From: a bacterium
GTDB lineage: Bacteria; SZUA-182; DTGQ01; JAFGSM01
NCBI GenBank assembly: GCA_049472335.1
Contig: JBLIRO010000102.1
Coordinates: 1 to 15,018 of the forward strand
DNA length: 15,018 nucleotides
Direction of reading: 5' to 3'
Shown: in pieces, positions 6,329-15,018 of the stretch
How positions within the stretch are numbered: the first letter of the stretch is position 1
How the letters are laid out: each line of letters opens with the position of its first letter
Notes under the pieces: generated by a model
Database searches by the model: none
The model's input: the letters and a program-made list of their open reading frames with translations, nothing else
What the model was told of the DNA's origin: nothing
Translations under genes and position numbers: made by a program

Positions 6329-8617
6329 ATGAAAATAAATGATTTGGAGATAAAATCCCTTGCGGATATTGAGCCCGGGCATCATGTATGTTGTATCTAT
6401 CTCTCTGAAAAAGAACATAAAGCGCTGCTTACCCCTTTTTTGCACCAGGGATTGGAAAAAAATGAAAAGGTGATTTATATCGCGGACGAACGGACTGCTC
6501 AGGTTATTCTCGAATATCTTAAAGATGATGGTTTAGATTATCACCTGTATATAAAAAAAGGACAGTTACAAATCCTGAGTGCGAATGATTCGTATATAAA
6601 AGAGGGGATCTTTGATCCTGATTCAATGATTTCTCTCTTACAACATGAAACAGAACTGTCATTATTAATGGGCTATAGAGCCTTGAGAGTAACTGGTGAA
6701 ATGAGCTGGGCGCTAAAGGGGATTCCTGGTTCGCATAGATTGATAGAATATGAATCAAAACTCAACAGTTTTTTCCCGGGAAGCAAATGCCTTGCACTAT
6801 GCCAGTATGACCGGAGGGTATTTGGTGCGGAGCTTCTTCTCAAGGTATTATCGACACACCCGATTATTTTTATAGGAACAGAAGCCTTTGATAATTTCTA
6901 TTATATTCCTCCCGAAAAATTTTTATGCCAAGATATATCCGCAACAATGTTTGATATCGAGCTAAAAAATCTGCAGCAATATAAAAAAGCAGTAGATGCC
7001 TCTAAAAAATCCCAAGATGAACTTGAGCAGGAAGTTGCATCAAGAACCACAGAACTTTCCCTCGCAGTCAAGAAGCTGCAAAAGGAAGTCGAAAGGCGTG
7101 CTCAAACAGAAGATAAACTACGTGAAGCAAAAATAAGTTACAAGATAATCGCCGATTTCAACTATGACTGGGAATATTGGTTATCCCCTGACGGGGAAAT
7201 CAAATATATATCACCCTCATGTAAACGCATTACCGGTTATACATGTGAAGATTTTCTTAGGGATCCGGGACTTATAAATAAGATTATTTTACCTGAAGAC
7301 AAAGACATCTGGGACCAACATGTGAATGCGGTGCTGAATGAGAGAAAAATGCTCGAAGTGCAATTTCGTATTAAACGAAAGGATGGAGAAATCAGTTGGA
7401 TAGAACATGCGTGTCATCCGGTTATTGAAGACAGTTTAAATTTTTTAGGCTTCCGAGCTTCAAATCGTGATATTACTAAACGTAAGAATACAGAGGTCGC
7501 ATTACGGGAAAGTGAAAGCAATCTTAAGCGAGCCTTGGAAGTAGCTCATATGGGGAGTTGGCATCTTGATATTGAAAAGGACGATCTCTATTGGTCAGAG
7601 GGAGTATATGAAATTTTTGGCGTTTCTCCCGATTTAAATCTGAATTATTTGAAATTTTTAGAAATCATTCATCCTGAAGACAGGGATTTAGTTGATACAA
7701 AATGGAAGGAAGCGATTACCAAGAAGAGCTTCGATCAACAATCCTATGATATTGAGCATCGTATCATCGTTGAGGGCAGGGTAAGGTGGTTGAGAGAAAA
7801 GGTAGAGATAGAATTCAATAAAAAAGGCGAGGCGATCCGGGCGATTGGAATCGTGCAGGATATTACAGATCGAAAAACTGCTGAAGAGGATGTACACCGG
7901 CTGAAAAATGAATTGATGCACACGACCCGTATTTCCACTGTAGGTGAGCTAACAGCTACACTGGCCCACGAGTTGAATCAGCCTTTGACCGCAATACTGA
8001 GCAATGCCCAGGCTGCGCAAAGAATGATAGCACATCGAAATCCCGAGATGTCTGAAATCCTTGAGATACTATCAGACATTGTTCATGAAGACCGGCGGGC
8101 AAATGATATCATTCATAAGTGCCGGGAGCTCTTAAGGCGATCGGAATTCAATTTTGAGCACCTGGATATCAATCAGGTTATTCAGGAAATCATACCGCTG
8201 ATAAAAAGCGATTTATTGATAAAGGATATCTCCCTGCAATTGGATTTGGATGAGCATATACTTCCTGTTCGGGGAGAACGGATACAGATTCAGCAGGTTA
8301 TTCTGAATCTCATTGCCAACAGCTTGGATGCAATGAATAAAGTGAAATCAAAAAAACTGATAATCCGTACAGAGCAAACAGATGCTTCAAGTGTGAGAAT
8401 TAGTGTCGAGGATTCAGGTACAGGTATTGATGAATGCGATACAGAGGATTTGTTTGCGCCATTTTACACCACAAAAAATGATGGCATGGGAATGGGGCTT
8501 GCTATCAGCCGTTCAATCATTAACACCCATGGCGGCAAATTATGGGCTGAAAATAATCCCGGCCACGGAGCAACATTCTTTTTTACGATCCCGGTGGCCA
8601 CAGAAAAAAAGGAATAA
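6329..8617 (+). CDS. Cytoplasmic sensor histidine kinase: MEDS - coiled coil - PAS - PAS - HisKA - HATPase (FixL/NodV-like transmitter)
   Basis: MEDS-type motifs PGHHVCCIY, LRVTGEMSWAL, LIEYESKLN and ALCQYDRRVF. Two PAS/PAC units ending in RDIT.RK and QDITDRK. H-box LAHELNQPL, N-box QVILNLIANSLDAM, plus DSGTG, PFYTTK and GMGMGL. No transmembrane helix seen. Confidence 0.93.
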   Translation: MKINDLEIKSLADIEPGHHVCCIYLSEKEHKALLTPFLHQGLEKNEKVIYIADERTAQVILEYLKDDGLDYHLYIKKGQLQILSANDSYIKEGIFDPDSMISLLQHETELSLLMGYRALRVTGEMSWALKGIPGSHRLIEYESKLNSFFPGSKCLALCQYDRRVFGAELLLKVLSTHPIIFIGTEAFDNFYYIPPEKFLCQDISATMFDIELKNLQQYKKAVDASKKSQDELEQEVASRTTELSLAVKKLQKEVERRAQTEDKLREAKISYKIIADFNYDWEYWLSPDGEIKYISPSCKRITGYTCEDFLRDPGLINKIILPEDKDIWDQHVNAVLNERKMLEVQFRIKRKDGEISWIEHACHPVIEDSLNFLGFRASNRDITKRKNTEVALRESESNLKRALEVAHMGSWHLDIEKDDLYWSEGVYEIFGVSPDLNLNYLKFLEIIHPEDRDLVDTKWKEAITKKSFDQQSYDIEHRIIVEGRVRWLREKVEIEFNKKGEAIRAIGIVQDITDRKTAEEDVHRLKNELMHTTRISTVGELTATLAHELNQPLTAILSNAQAAQRMIAHRNPEMSEILEILSDIVHEDRRANDIIHKCRELLRRSEFNFEHLDINQVIQEIIPLIKSDLLIKDISLQLDLDEHILPVRGERIQIQQVILNLIANSLDAMNKVKSKKLIIRTEQTDASSVRISVEDSGTGIDECDTEDLFAPFYTTKNDGMGMGLAISRSIINTHGGKLWAENNPGHGATFFFTIPVATEKKE

Positions 8618-8622
8618 AGGAA

Positions 8623-9240
8623 ATGAACCCAACTGTATATATTTTAGACGATGACTCATCCGTTTTAATCAGTATGAAAAGATTAATCGAATCCGCTGAT
8701 TTTCATGTTGAGACATTTTCATCAGCCGCCGAGTTTCTGGAACATAAGCCCAGGAGAAATCCAAGCTGCCTGGTTCTCGACGTACACCTCCCTGACATTA
8801 ACGGCCTTAACCTACAAGACGAGCTTTTCAAAAGAAACATTTCCATGCCTATAATCTTCATAACCGGTTATGGCGACATCCCTATGAGTGTAAAAGCCAT
8901 AAAGAAGGGGGCGGTTGATTTCCTGCCAAAGCCGTTTGAAGATAAAGAAATCCTTTCCGCCATTGAACAGGCAATTTTCAAAAGCAGGCAAGAAAACAAA
9001 AACAAAGAAGAGATAACACACATAAAATCACTTCTAAGTTCCATTACTCCCCGGGAAAACGAAGTGATGCGTTGGGTAATTACCGGGTTGCTAAACAAAC
9101 AGATTGCACAAAAAATGGGTATAACTGAAAAAACCGTAAAAGTCCACCGGGGTCGTGTCATGAAAAAATTACAGGTTGACTCTGCTGTTGAACTCGCAAG
9201 GCTCCTGGAGAAAGTCGGAATAACCCCGCTAGAAAAATAA
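8623..9240 (+). CDS. FixJ/NodW/TodT-type response regulator (REC + LuxR HTH)
   Basis: Receiver motifs ILDDD, VLDVHLP, FITGYG and FLPKP. C-terminal TPRENEVM...NKQIAQKMGITEKTVKVHRGRVMKKL helix-turn-helix. Starts 5 nt after the kinase stop. Confidence 0.95.
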   Translation: MNPTVYILDDDSSVLISMKRLIESADFHVETFSSAAEFLEHKPRRNPSCLVLDVHLPDINGLNLQDELFKRNISMPIIFITGYGDIPMSVKAIKKGAVDFLPKPFEDKEILSAIEQAIFKSRQENKNKEEITHIKSLLSSITPRENEVMRWVITGLLNKQIAQKMGITEKTVKVHRGRVMKKLQVDSAVELARLLEKVGITPLEK

Positions 9241-9249
9241 ATCCTCTTT

Positions 9250-9267
9250 ATTGGACCAAGGTCCAAT
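9250..9267. promoter_or_regulatory. Palindromic operator, copy 2 (ATTGGACC-AA-GGTCCAAT), just after the regulator gene
   Basis: Identical to 4282-4299. It abuts TTGTAA (9267-9272), with TATTAT (9291-9296) 18 nt downstream. Confidence 0.75.
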
Positions 9268-9381
9268 TGTAATCTTTTTATCCGTCTTTGTATTATTTTT
9301 AGTATAAGCAACATTCTTCATTGTAATCACATAATCTCTAAAGTGCGGAGAACTCAAAGCACAGGGGAAAGAAAAAGCATA

Positions 9382-9747
9382 ATGATGAGTGCAAACAAAC
9401 CTCTCATATATGTTGTTGACGATGATGAAGCCGTGCTTAAAGCCCTTTGTCGCTTAATAACTTCTCTCGGATATTGCGTTCAGACATTTGCATCGGCACA
9501 GGAATTTCTGGATTCCGTGCCTGCCGATGCGGAGGGCTTCCTGATATTAGATGTCTTTATGCCTCAGATTGATGGTTTCAAGCTGCATGAAAAACTGCTT
9601 ACCATGGAATCGAAACTAAAAGTAATCATGATAACTGCCCATCCTCAGGAAAGCGATCGAAAACGGTCAACAGAACTTGGCATTTTGGCTTTTTTGGAGA
9701 AGCCGATCGATGATCAAGAGTTGATTGATTTATTTAAGAGTGAGTAA
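9382..9747 (+). CDS. Single-domain response regulator receiver protein
   Basis: Motifs YVVDDD, LILDVFMP, MITAH and FLEKP, with no output domain. ATG 9382/9385 is preferred over GTG 9343 because the REC fold begins right after it. Confidence 0.9.
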   Translation: MMSANKPLIYVVDDDEAVLKALCRLITSLGYCVQTFASAQEFLDSVPADAEGFLILDVFMPQIDGFKLHEKLLTMESKLKVIMITAHPQESDRKRSTELGILAFLEKPIDDQELIDLFKSE

Positions 9748-10060
9748 TAAAAGTATAGGTTTTTACAGGCCCCAAAGCTCTCACTCATATGACAAAAGAT
9801 TTGCACAACAAATTTATACAGTGTTCACATCATTATAAACAATATAAATTATAAGACAGAAAGGAGGTTTTCAAGGGATGGCCTAAACAGGATTCGGGAC
9901 TTATTTTTATAAGATCTTGACAAGAAAATTTTTCTCTGAGAAGGGACAAGCCTATGGTTTTAAAACAAAAATCTCTACCCTTTCAAATCTTCGGAATTAC
10001 TGATAAAGACATTTATAAAAAAATAAAACTCAAAGGAAGGAGTGAAAAAGGGAGGCTATC

Positions 10061-13000
10061 ATGAAAGAAAAAAGTTGGTCTAAGATTTTGGGACCATTGT
10101 CTCAAAGGCCTTTGAAATGGTTTTTAATCATCATTCTGATGCTATGTTTTGGGATAATGATTCATATAAATGCCCATGCAATTGAACTCAATGTCATAGG
10201 TGTCAACAAGGATGGAAGCCAAACCTCTGTCACTGATTACAGATGGCTTGTGGAGAAGGACAATACCTATCATGTCATTCCTGGTGACCCAACCACAAAC
10301 TGGGCTGTTGACTTTCACCGCAGCTACATGCCTTTGGCAGCTAAAGGAGACACCGTAGGAACGCCCCCGGACGTTCCTCCGACTCCGCCGACCGGCGTCA
10401 TACTCGAGGCAAACACACACTATTTCGTGTCAGTGCTCCCTAAAGAGCCCGGAACCTATACCATAGGCGGAGCGGCATTTGTAACGGATGCGGCCGGGAA
10501 CGCATCGGTCGATATTTACATCAACCAATTGCCCCTTCCCACAGCACAAATCACCATATTCGTATTCCATGACAATTTCCCCATCAACAACGCACCCGAT
10601 CTTCCCGAAGAGCTGGGGCTGGAAGGATTCTCCATTATCCTGGAAGATGCAGGCGGCCGATACGGCATGTCGGCTGGCACACAGATGCTGAATGCCTTTG
10701 GCCATCCCCTGGGCACTGTATATCAGAAGGACAACCAGACAGGTGAATTTCTTCTGGATGCTGACGGCATGCCGATACCTGCGGTTGACAACAAGGGCAT
10801 GCCAATTGTTGAACAGATGCAAACAGGCCCGGACGGCAGCCTGACTATAAAAAACCTTGCACCAGGCAAATATGGCATTACAGTCGTGCCCCCTGCGGGT
10901 ACTAATTGGGTCCAGACCTCTACCATCGAGGGTAAAAAGGTGATTGACGCATGGGTCAAGGCTAATGAGCCACCCTACTTTGCAGAGTTCGGCCCACCCG
11001 GCTACCATGTATTCATCGGTTTTGTAAAACCGATGAATAACATCTCCCAGCCCTCCGGGGGGAGAACCATCCGGGGCCAGGTTGTGAACCTGCACCTGTC
11101 AAGGCCTCCGGAGACAGCCTTTTACAATGGCGGTCCATTTCCACATACCACTCCATGGGTGGGCTTGAACCTTGGGGCCACTGGTCAGGGCGGAGGAGTC
11201 TATGCCGCCGGGACCGTGGACGGCTATTTCGTTATTCCCAATGTGCCTGTCGGAGATTATCAACTGGTAGTATGGGACAACAACCTGGATCTCATCTTTG
11301 CCTTCAAGGGAGTAAGCGTCACAGCAGGAGACGGAGATCTTAATCTGGGTGAGGTCCCTGTCTTTCAATGGTTCTCCAGGCTCGAGAACTGGGTGTTCAA
11401 TGATATAAACGAAAATGGCTTCTGGGACTTTGGTGAGATGGGAATCCCGGAACAGGCCATCAACCTTCGCTGGCGTGATGGTACCATGTATCAGTCTATG
11501 CCAACCGACGTTGAAGGCTTTGTCCCCTTCGACGAGGTCTTTCCCTTCTTTAGCTGGCTGGTGGCAGAGGTGGACTTTGCCCGGTTCAAGGCCACAGGGA
11601 TAACCGTAATAGTCGATGACGGCGGGCCCATTCCGTTTGATAGCCCCTGGTCCTTTGATGGTCAGCTTAACCCTCAACCACAGTCCGACCCCCTTAATCC
11701 CGGTTCAATCCTGCCCTACCGGATTGAAACCGGAACGGTTCTTACGCAAGGCTTCCAGGGCTTCCTGGGCCAGACCAGCGTGCTCATGTGGGGGAAGAGG
11801 GATTATACACCCGGTGAAAACGGTGGCATTTCCGGTATCGTTTACTATTCCACAACCAGGGCTGAAGACGATCCTGCATTGGGAGCAGCAGAGCCATGGG
11901 AACCCGGCATCCCTGATGTAAGGATCAACCTCTATGACAGTACCGGCGAGATACTAATCAACACTACTACTACGGACAACTGGGATGCAAGCCTGCCTGA
12001 GGGCTGCCCTCCCGGAGGAAACGACCCAGACGGGCTGGACCTCTTTTACCAGAACGGCAAATGCTATGACGGGATGCGCAACTGGAACCAGGTAAGGCCC
12101 GGCGTCTTTGACGGAGGCTATGCCTTCACCGATTATTACCCCGGAGGCATTCTTACTGATCTCAACGGGAATCCCATATTGGATGCAGATGGAAATCCAT
12201 TCCCCGTTGTGGAGGGAGAGACTCCCGTCCTGTTGCAAAGCGGCATGGCCTATGTAGTGGAGGTAGTCCCGCCACCCGGCTATGAAATTGTCAAGTCCCA
12301 GGACAAGAACGTGGATTTTGGCGATAACTATGTTCCAAGCAGGTTGCGAGCGACCAGTCCCTCTGATTTTGTTCCTTATCCCATCTGTGTGGGCGATCCA
12401 TATCCGGTGCCTGAAGAGCTATCGCTTTTTCAGGGTGTGACCCACCCATACTATGATCCTGAATCACCCTGGTATAAAGGACCGGGGTTCAATCCGGACA
12501 CAAACCCGGTTTATCTCAATGACTGCAACCGGAAACTGGTCTATCTCTCCGACTTGGAAAATGCGGCGGCCGACTTCTTCCTCTTCACTGAGGTGCCTAT
12601 CGCAGGCCACATTGTAGGTTTCATACTCGATGACACGGCCAATGAATTCGACCCCAGGTCCCCACAGTTCGGCGAGAAATACGCACCCCCCTGGCTTCCT
12701 GTCTCCATTCGTGACTGGACAGGCCGTGAGATCGCTCGTACATACTCCGATCAGTACGGGAGATACAATGCACTGGTGCCTTCCACCTATACAACCAATA
12801 TGCCAGCACCCAGCGGTATGTCCCCGAATATGCTGACCACCTGCATGAATGACCCCATACTGCCTGATGGTTCAAAAGATCCCTATTTTAATTCCAAATA
12901 TAGCACATTCTGCTATACCTTCCAGTATATGCCGGGAGCAACCACTTACCTGGACACTCCGGTGATCCCTGTGGCGGCCTTTGCCGGTTCGGGACAGTTT

Positions 13001-15018
13001 CCTCTGGATTGTGAGTTCCCTGATGGAACTCCCCGCATCAAGAGGGTGGATAGCGGACCAGGAGGACCATATATTCCCGTACCCGCAGCAGGCGGGACAC
13101 GGACCGTAACTATCCAGTCCATGGGCTTGACAGAAGTCCCCAATCCCGGTTTCTGTCCGTCCACAGATCCCTACTGTGTAGAGAATGATATGGTTGATGA
13201 TAATCCAACTATACTGCGTGACTACGGATTCGGCAGTTTTGTTATCGGACAAAGCCGGGTGACCATCGGCACCACCCCTCTACAGATCAATTCCTGGGCC
13301 GAAGATCTGATCATCGCGACCGTGCCGACAAACGCAATAACCGGCCAGCTCACGGTGACACGCGGAGACAACGATAAGTCCACCATTGTGGGCGTGACAG
13401 TGACGGTGGGTCAAACGAATGATAAATTCAATGTGTTGAGGGTTAATGGACCTTTATCGCCCGAAATCTTCCCAGGCGCAATCCAGGAGGCTATCGATGA
13501 AGCCAATGACGGCGACCTGATACTGGTAGCGCCTGGAGACTACAGGGAAATGGTTATCATGTGGAAGCCTGTAAAGCTTCAGGGTTATGGGGCAGGCTCC
13601 ACAACTATAAGCGCATTCAAGACACCGGCAGAGAAGCTCTTGTACTGGAGGCAGCATGTCGAAATGTTAATCGGTGCGAATTTAGTGGATCTTCTTCCCG
13701 GTCAGGAGCTTGCATTCGGCGGCATTGAACCTGGAACCCTCTTCAATGAGGAAGGTGCAGGGATCTTCGTTATTGCAAAGAGCAGCAAATTCAAGGAAAA
13801 GGGCATGGCCCGGATTGACGGCTTTACCGTTACAGGGGCTGACACCGGCGGCGGGATCGTTGTCAACGGCTATGCTGATTACCTGAGTATCGGCAACAAC
13901 AGGATAGAGCACAACTCAGGCGCATTTGGCGGCGGCATCCGAATCGGACACCCCCAACTGACCGACCCGGGTCCCCCGGTTACCTATACGGATGCTGATA
14001 ACGATTTTATAAGGATTCATCATAATCAAATCAAGGAGAACGGCGGTCTCGGCGCTGCCGGCGGCGGTGTGTCCCTGTGTACAGGCTCCGACTCCTACGA
14101 AGTGAGCGACAACTGGATCTGCGGAAACTTCACCCTGGGAGAGGGTGGCGGAATAGGTCATATCGGGCTGAACTCCAGGGACAAAAAGGATGATCCCATA
14201 TCCGTAATCAAGGGCAACACCATCATCTTTAACGAGTCCTTCGATCAGGGGACCACTGTCAATGGCGGCGGTATCTTCATTGGAGGCGCGACACCATTAA
14301 CACTTGGAGGACTTTCCGACGGATCGGGATCCGTTCGGGTAATCGGTAACCTGATTCAGGGCAACTCATCCGGTGCCGGCGATGGCGCAGGCATCCGCCT
14401 GAGTCGCGTTAACGGCCAGGATGTGGCGGATAATCCTTCTGCTCCTTCGGATTGGTACTCCGTTGATATCTTCAACAGCATGATCGTCAATAATGTTGCA
14501 GGCCTGGCCGGCGGAGGTATCTCCCTGGAGGATATCGTCCGATGCAACATCATTCACAATACTATTGCCAATAACGACAGTACGGCAACTGCTGGAGAGG
14601 CATTTGCCCCCGGCAGTCCCAACGAATCCACTCCGCAGCCGGCAGGTATTGTGTCCCACGCGCACAGCCCGGAACTGGCTGCTGTTTTACCGGCAGGCCA
14701 AGCCGGTTTCTCCAATCCCCAGTTGGTTGACAACATCATTCTGCATAACCGCTCTTTCTACTTCTTTGGTGATCCTCTGGCGGATCCCCCCATACCTTAT
14801 GGATTGCACCCGGATTTATCAGGTGGCGAACCAGCCATTTACGATGATCTGGCAGTCCGGGGGACAGCAGGATTTCTGAATCCTCGGTATTGTTTTCTCA
14901 CCGATAGGGAGGAAGACACAGGCCATACCTATGATGCCACAAATATTGACGAGGCTACTGATGGGGCAGATCCGGCATTTTCTTGGGCTTATTTTAACGG
15001 CAGCCGTGGCACCAACAT
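10061..15018 (+). CDS. Very large exported protein (>1652 aa, 3'-truncated): SdrD-B/Cna-B-like repeats, IPT/TIG-like domain, right-handed parallel beta-helix
   Basis: GGGAGG ribosome-binding site and ATG 10061. Manual translation shows no stop to the window end. 40-aa signal peptide (AHA|I). VFNDINENGFWDFGEMGIP EF-hand-like SdrD-B motif at about 11393-11446. GFG...VTIG...INSW...IIATVP...GQLTVT at about 13226-13410. IQEAIDEANDGDLILVAPGDY cap at 13481, then repeated GGGI and NNxI rungs. Confidence 0.92.
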   Translation, partial: MKEKSWSKILGPLSQRPLKWFLIIILMLCFGIMIHINAHAIELNVIGVNKDGSQTSVTDYRWLVEKDNTYHVIPGDPTTNWAVDFHRSYMPLAAKGDTVGTPPDVPPTPPTGVILEANTHYFVSVLPKEPGTYTIGGAAFVTDAAGNASVDIYINQLPLPTAQITIFVFHDNFPINNAPDLPEELGLEGFSIILEDAGGRYGMSAGTQMLNAFGHPLGTVYQKDNQTGEFLLDADGMPIPAVDNKGMPIVEQMQTGPDGSLTIKNLAPGKYGITVVPPAGTNWVQTSTIEGKKVIDAWVKANEPPYFAEFGPPGYHVFIGFVKPMNNISQPSGGRTIRGQVVNLHLSRPPETAFYNGGPFPHTTPWVGLNLGATGQGGGVYAAGTVDGYFVIPNVPVGDYQLVVWDNNLDLIFAFKGVSVTAGDGDLNLGEVPVFQWFSRLENWVFNDINENGFWDFGEMGIPEQAINLRWRDGTMYQSMPTDVEGFVPFDEVFPFFSWLVAEVDFARFKATGITVIVDDGGPIPFDSPWSFDGQLNPQPQSDPLNPGSILPYRIETGTVLTQGFQGFLGQTSVLMWGKRDYTPGENGGISGIVYYSTTRAEDDPALGAAEPWEPGIPDVRINLYDSTGEILINTTTTDNWDASLPEGCPPGGNDPDGLDLFYQNGKCYDGMRNWNQVRPGVFDGGYAFTDYYPGGILTDLNGNPILDADGNPFPVVEGETPVLLQSGMAYVVEVVPPPGYEIVKSQDKNVDFGDNYVPSRLRATSPSDFVPYPICVGDPYPVPEELSLFQGVTHPYYDPESPWYKGPGFNPDTNPVYLNDCNRKLVYLSDLENAAADFFLFTEVPIAGHIVGFILDDTANEFDPRSPQFGEKYAPPWLPVSIRDWTGREIARTYSDQYGRYNALVPSTYTTNMPAPSGMSPNMLTTCMNDPILPDGSKDPYFNSKYSTFCYTFQYMPGATTYLDTPVIPVAAFAGSGQFPLDCEFPDGTPRIKRVDSGPGGPYIPVPAAGGTRTVTIQSMGLTEVPNPGFCPSTDPYCVENDMVDDNPTILRDYGFGSFVIGQSRVTIGTTPLQINSWAEDLIIATVPTNAITGQLTVTRGDNDKSTIVGVTVTVGQTNDKFNVLRVNGPLSPEIFPGAIQEAIDEANDGDLILVAPGDYREMVIMWKPVKLQGYGAGSTTISAFKTPAEKLLYWRQHVEMLIGANLVDLLPGQELAFGGIEPGTLFNEEGAGIFVIAKSSKFKEKGMARIDGFTVTGADTGGGIVVNGYADYLSIGNNRIEHNSGAFGGGIRIGHPQLTDPGPPVTYTDADNDFIRIHHNQIKENGGLGAAGGGVSLCTGSDSYEVSDNWICGNFTLGEGGGIGHIGLNSRDKKDDPISVIKGNTIIFNESFDQGTTVNGGGIFIGGATPLTLGGLSDGSGSVRVIGNLIQGNSSGAGDGAGIRLSRVNGQDVADNPSAPSDWYSVDIFNSMIVNNVAGLAGGGISLEDIVRCNIIHNTIANNDSTATAGEAFAPGSPNESTPQPAGIVSHAHSPELAAVLPAGQAGFSNPQLVDNIILHNRSFYFFGDPLADPPIPYGLHPDLSGGEPAIYDDLAVRGTAGFLNPRYCFLTDREEDTGHTYDATNIDEATDGADPAFSWAYFNGSRGTN

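Noticed and set aside
6329..9240. Assigning fixL/fixJ or nodV/nodW
   Set aside because: The resemblance is family-level only; the MEDS input domain and the gene context differ.
9860..10026. AGGAGG followed by ATG GCC TAA, and a 23-codon ORF MVLKQKSLPF...
   Set aside because: Too short and with no recognisable homology, so a leader peptide or pseudogene cannot be supported.
10142..14879. Numerous short ORFs on both strands in the ORF track
   Set aside because: All are shadows of the single long + strand frame starting at 10061, which the track omitted because it has no stop in the window.
1..15018. CRISPR array, tRNA or rRNA
   Set aside because: No regularly spaced repeats or recognisable structural RNA genes were seen. 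The two 24-bp identical blocks are 4968 bp apart and are explained by the regulator duplication.

Overview
AT-rich bacterial locus with four parts. (1) The 3' end of an IS630-family element, inserted at a (C)TA(G) site inside the first of at least three tandem paralogous genes. These encode small exported, Pro/Trp-rich, almost charge-free proteins: a remnant at 411-584 and intact copies at 634-1191 and 1231-1803. A compositionally similar exported protein (2506-2931) and a convergent multi-pass membrane protein follow. (2) A MauG-type di-heme cytochrome c protein (4548-5771) with no mau genes in the window. (3) A cytoplasmic MEDS-PAS-PAS histidine kinase, a FixJ/NodW-like REC-LuxR regulator and a stand-alone receiver. 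(4) A GC-richer ORF of more than 1650 aa (10061 to window end) that is missing from the ORF track and encodes an exported SdrD-B-like/IPT-like/beta-helix protein. The main hidden structure is a ~135-bp duplication: the regulator's 3' end plus the 18-bp palindrome ATTGGACC-AA-GGTCCAAT recurs upstream of the MauG-like gene. The coding part of that copy has decayed but the palindrome is identical. This suggests one two-component regulon controlling an exported oxidative enzyme and a giant surface protein. All functional links are inferences from reading the sequence by eye.
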